DNA of 24,000 nt from an uncultured Gammaproteobacteria bacterium (GTDB taxonomy: Bacteria > Pseudomonadota > Gammaproteobacteria > Pseudomonadales > Litorivicinaceae). Shown here in pieces: positions 23,506 through 24,000 of this stretch; positions within the stretch are counted from its first letter, which is position 1; every line of letters begins with the position of its first letter. Under the pieces are notes generated by a model, which did not search any database, was not told where the DNA came from, and was given only the letters and a program-made list of their open reading frames with translations. The stretch covers positions 4,584 through 28,583 of the forward strand of contig CAKZQE010000239.1 of assembly GCA_937139465.1 (NCBI GenBank), written 5' to 3'. The position numbers and the translations under genes were made by a program.

Positions 23506-24000
23506 ATGACTGAATTGGAATTGAAATTGGTGTGGATTGGTTCGCCCCCGGACCTGACACCCTGGTTAGGCCCGGTGACGCGGGTGCTGGCGCTGGAAAA
23601 TCACTATTTTGATACGGCCGATGGCGCGCTAGCGGCAAAGCACTATGGCCTGCGCTTGCGGCGAAACGGGGATGAGATTGAACAAACCTTGAAGGGGCCG
23701 GCGCCGGATCAAGACGGCATCCGCGTGCGCCAGGAATGGAATTGGCCGCGTGACGCCTTGACGATTGACCTACGTCTGTTGCCAGAACCTGCCTGGGTAA
23801 CGGCGCCACTGATCGCCACCTCATCAAACCGGGTGTCGCGCCAGGTCTGGGACCTGGCTGGGGTGGAAGTGGTGATGGACCAGGGCGAAGTGCGCGTGGG
23901 CGACCGCGTTAGCCCCATCGCCGAGATTGAAATTGAAGACAAGGGCGCGGGCTGGCCGGCGGTACTGGAGCAGGCGCGGCGGATTGCCTCGGTGGTGCCC
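23506..24000 (+). CDS. CYTH-domain protein (YgiF-like inorganic triphosphatase), N-terminal part; continues beyond the window
   Basis: This gene is absent from the ORF track because it runs off the window end. ATG 23506 has SD GAGGG 6 nt upstream. The translation MTELELKLVW carries the ExExK CYTH signature, followed by ...YFDTADGALAAKHYGLRLRR... and ...SPIAEIEIE.... The frame is open through nt 24000. Confidence 0.75.
   Translation, partial: MTELELKLVWIGSPPDLTPWLGPVTRVLALENHYFDTADGALAAKHYGLRLRRNGDEIEQTLKGPAPDQDGIRVRQEWNWPRDALTIDLRLLPEPAWVTAPLIATSSNRVSRQVWDLAGVEVVMDQGEVRVGDRVSPIAEIEIEDKGAGWPAVLEQARRIASVVP

Noticed and set aside
1-24000. Whole-window check for a genomic island, defence system or mobile element: integrase, transposase, tRNA attachment site, flanking direct repeats, abrupt GC shift, toxin-antitoxin pairs.
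   Set aside because: None seen. Every gene of substantial size belongs to a recognisable housekeeping, transport or signalling family. Gene order matches conserved gammaproteobacterial synteny (rppH-ptsP...lgt-thyA). The only compositional outlier (3412-4494) is explained by expression-level codon bias rather than foreign origin.

Overview
This window reads as a GC-rich (about 60% by eye), tightly packed core-chromosome segment of a gammaproteobacterium-like genome. I support about 27 protein-coding genes, many with 1-14 nt overlaps. I see no rRNA, tRNA, CRISPR array, transposase, integrase or phage-like genes. Gene content in order: (1) the uvrD 3' end and a hotdog thioesterase; (2) a COG4663/4664/4665-type TRAP transporter whose binding-protein gene is divergent from the permease genes; (3) a MarC-family protein; (4) a minus-strand operon of HAD-IB hydrolase, argD and two uncharacterised envelope proteins; (5) the conserved rppH-ptsP ... 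lgt-thyA block, with NRDE-family and TauE/SafE genes in between as in Pseudomonas; (6) thyA, a single-domain response regulator, folA, a 7TMR-DISM histidine kinase and an OmpR-type regulator; (7) a lipoprotein alpha/beta hydrolase and yccF; (8) argE-argA-ilvD; (9) the start of a CYTH-domain gene. I did not find a convincing novel multi-gene system such as a defence, secretion or mobile element, and most of the window is ordinary housekeeping DNA. The features most worth a second look are: (a) signalling genes woven into the thyA/folA locus, where a receiver-only regulator is ATGA-coupled to folA, the downstream OmpR-type regulator is broken by a perfect 7-bp tandem duplication at its phospho-acceptor codon, and its kinase looks N-terminally truncated with a degenerate G1 box; (b) an orphan unit of about 170 nt bounded by two near-identical intrinsic terminators, which could be an sRNA or a leader; (c) a TRAP binding-protein gene with strong high-expression codon bias and repeated TTGTTAGAGT operator-like sites; (d) an uncharacterised membrane plus secreted protein pair coupled to argD; (e) a REP-like hairpin array downstream of ilvD. 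All functional calls come from reading the translations and motifs by eye. No database search was run.
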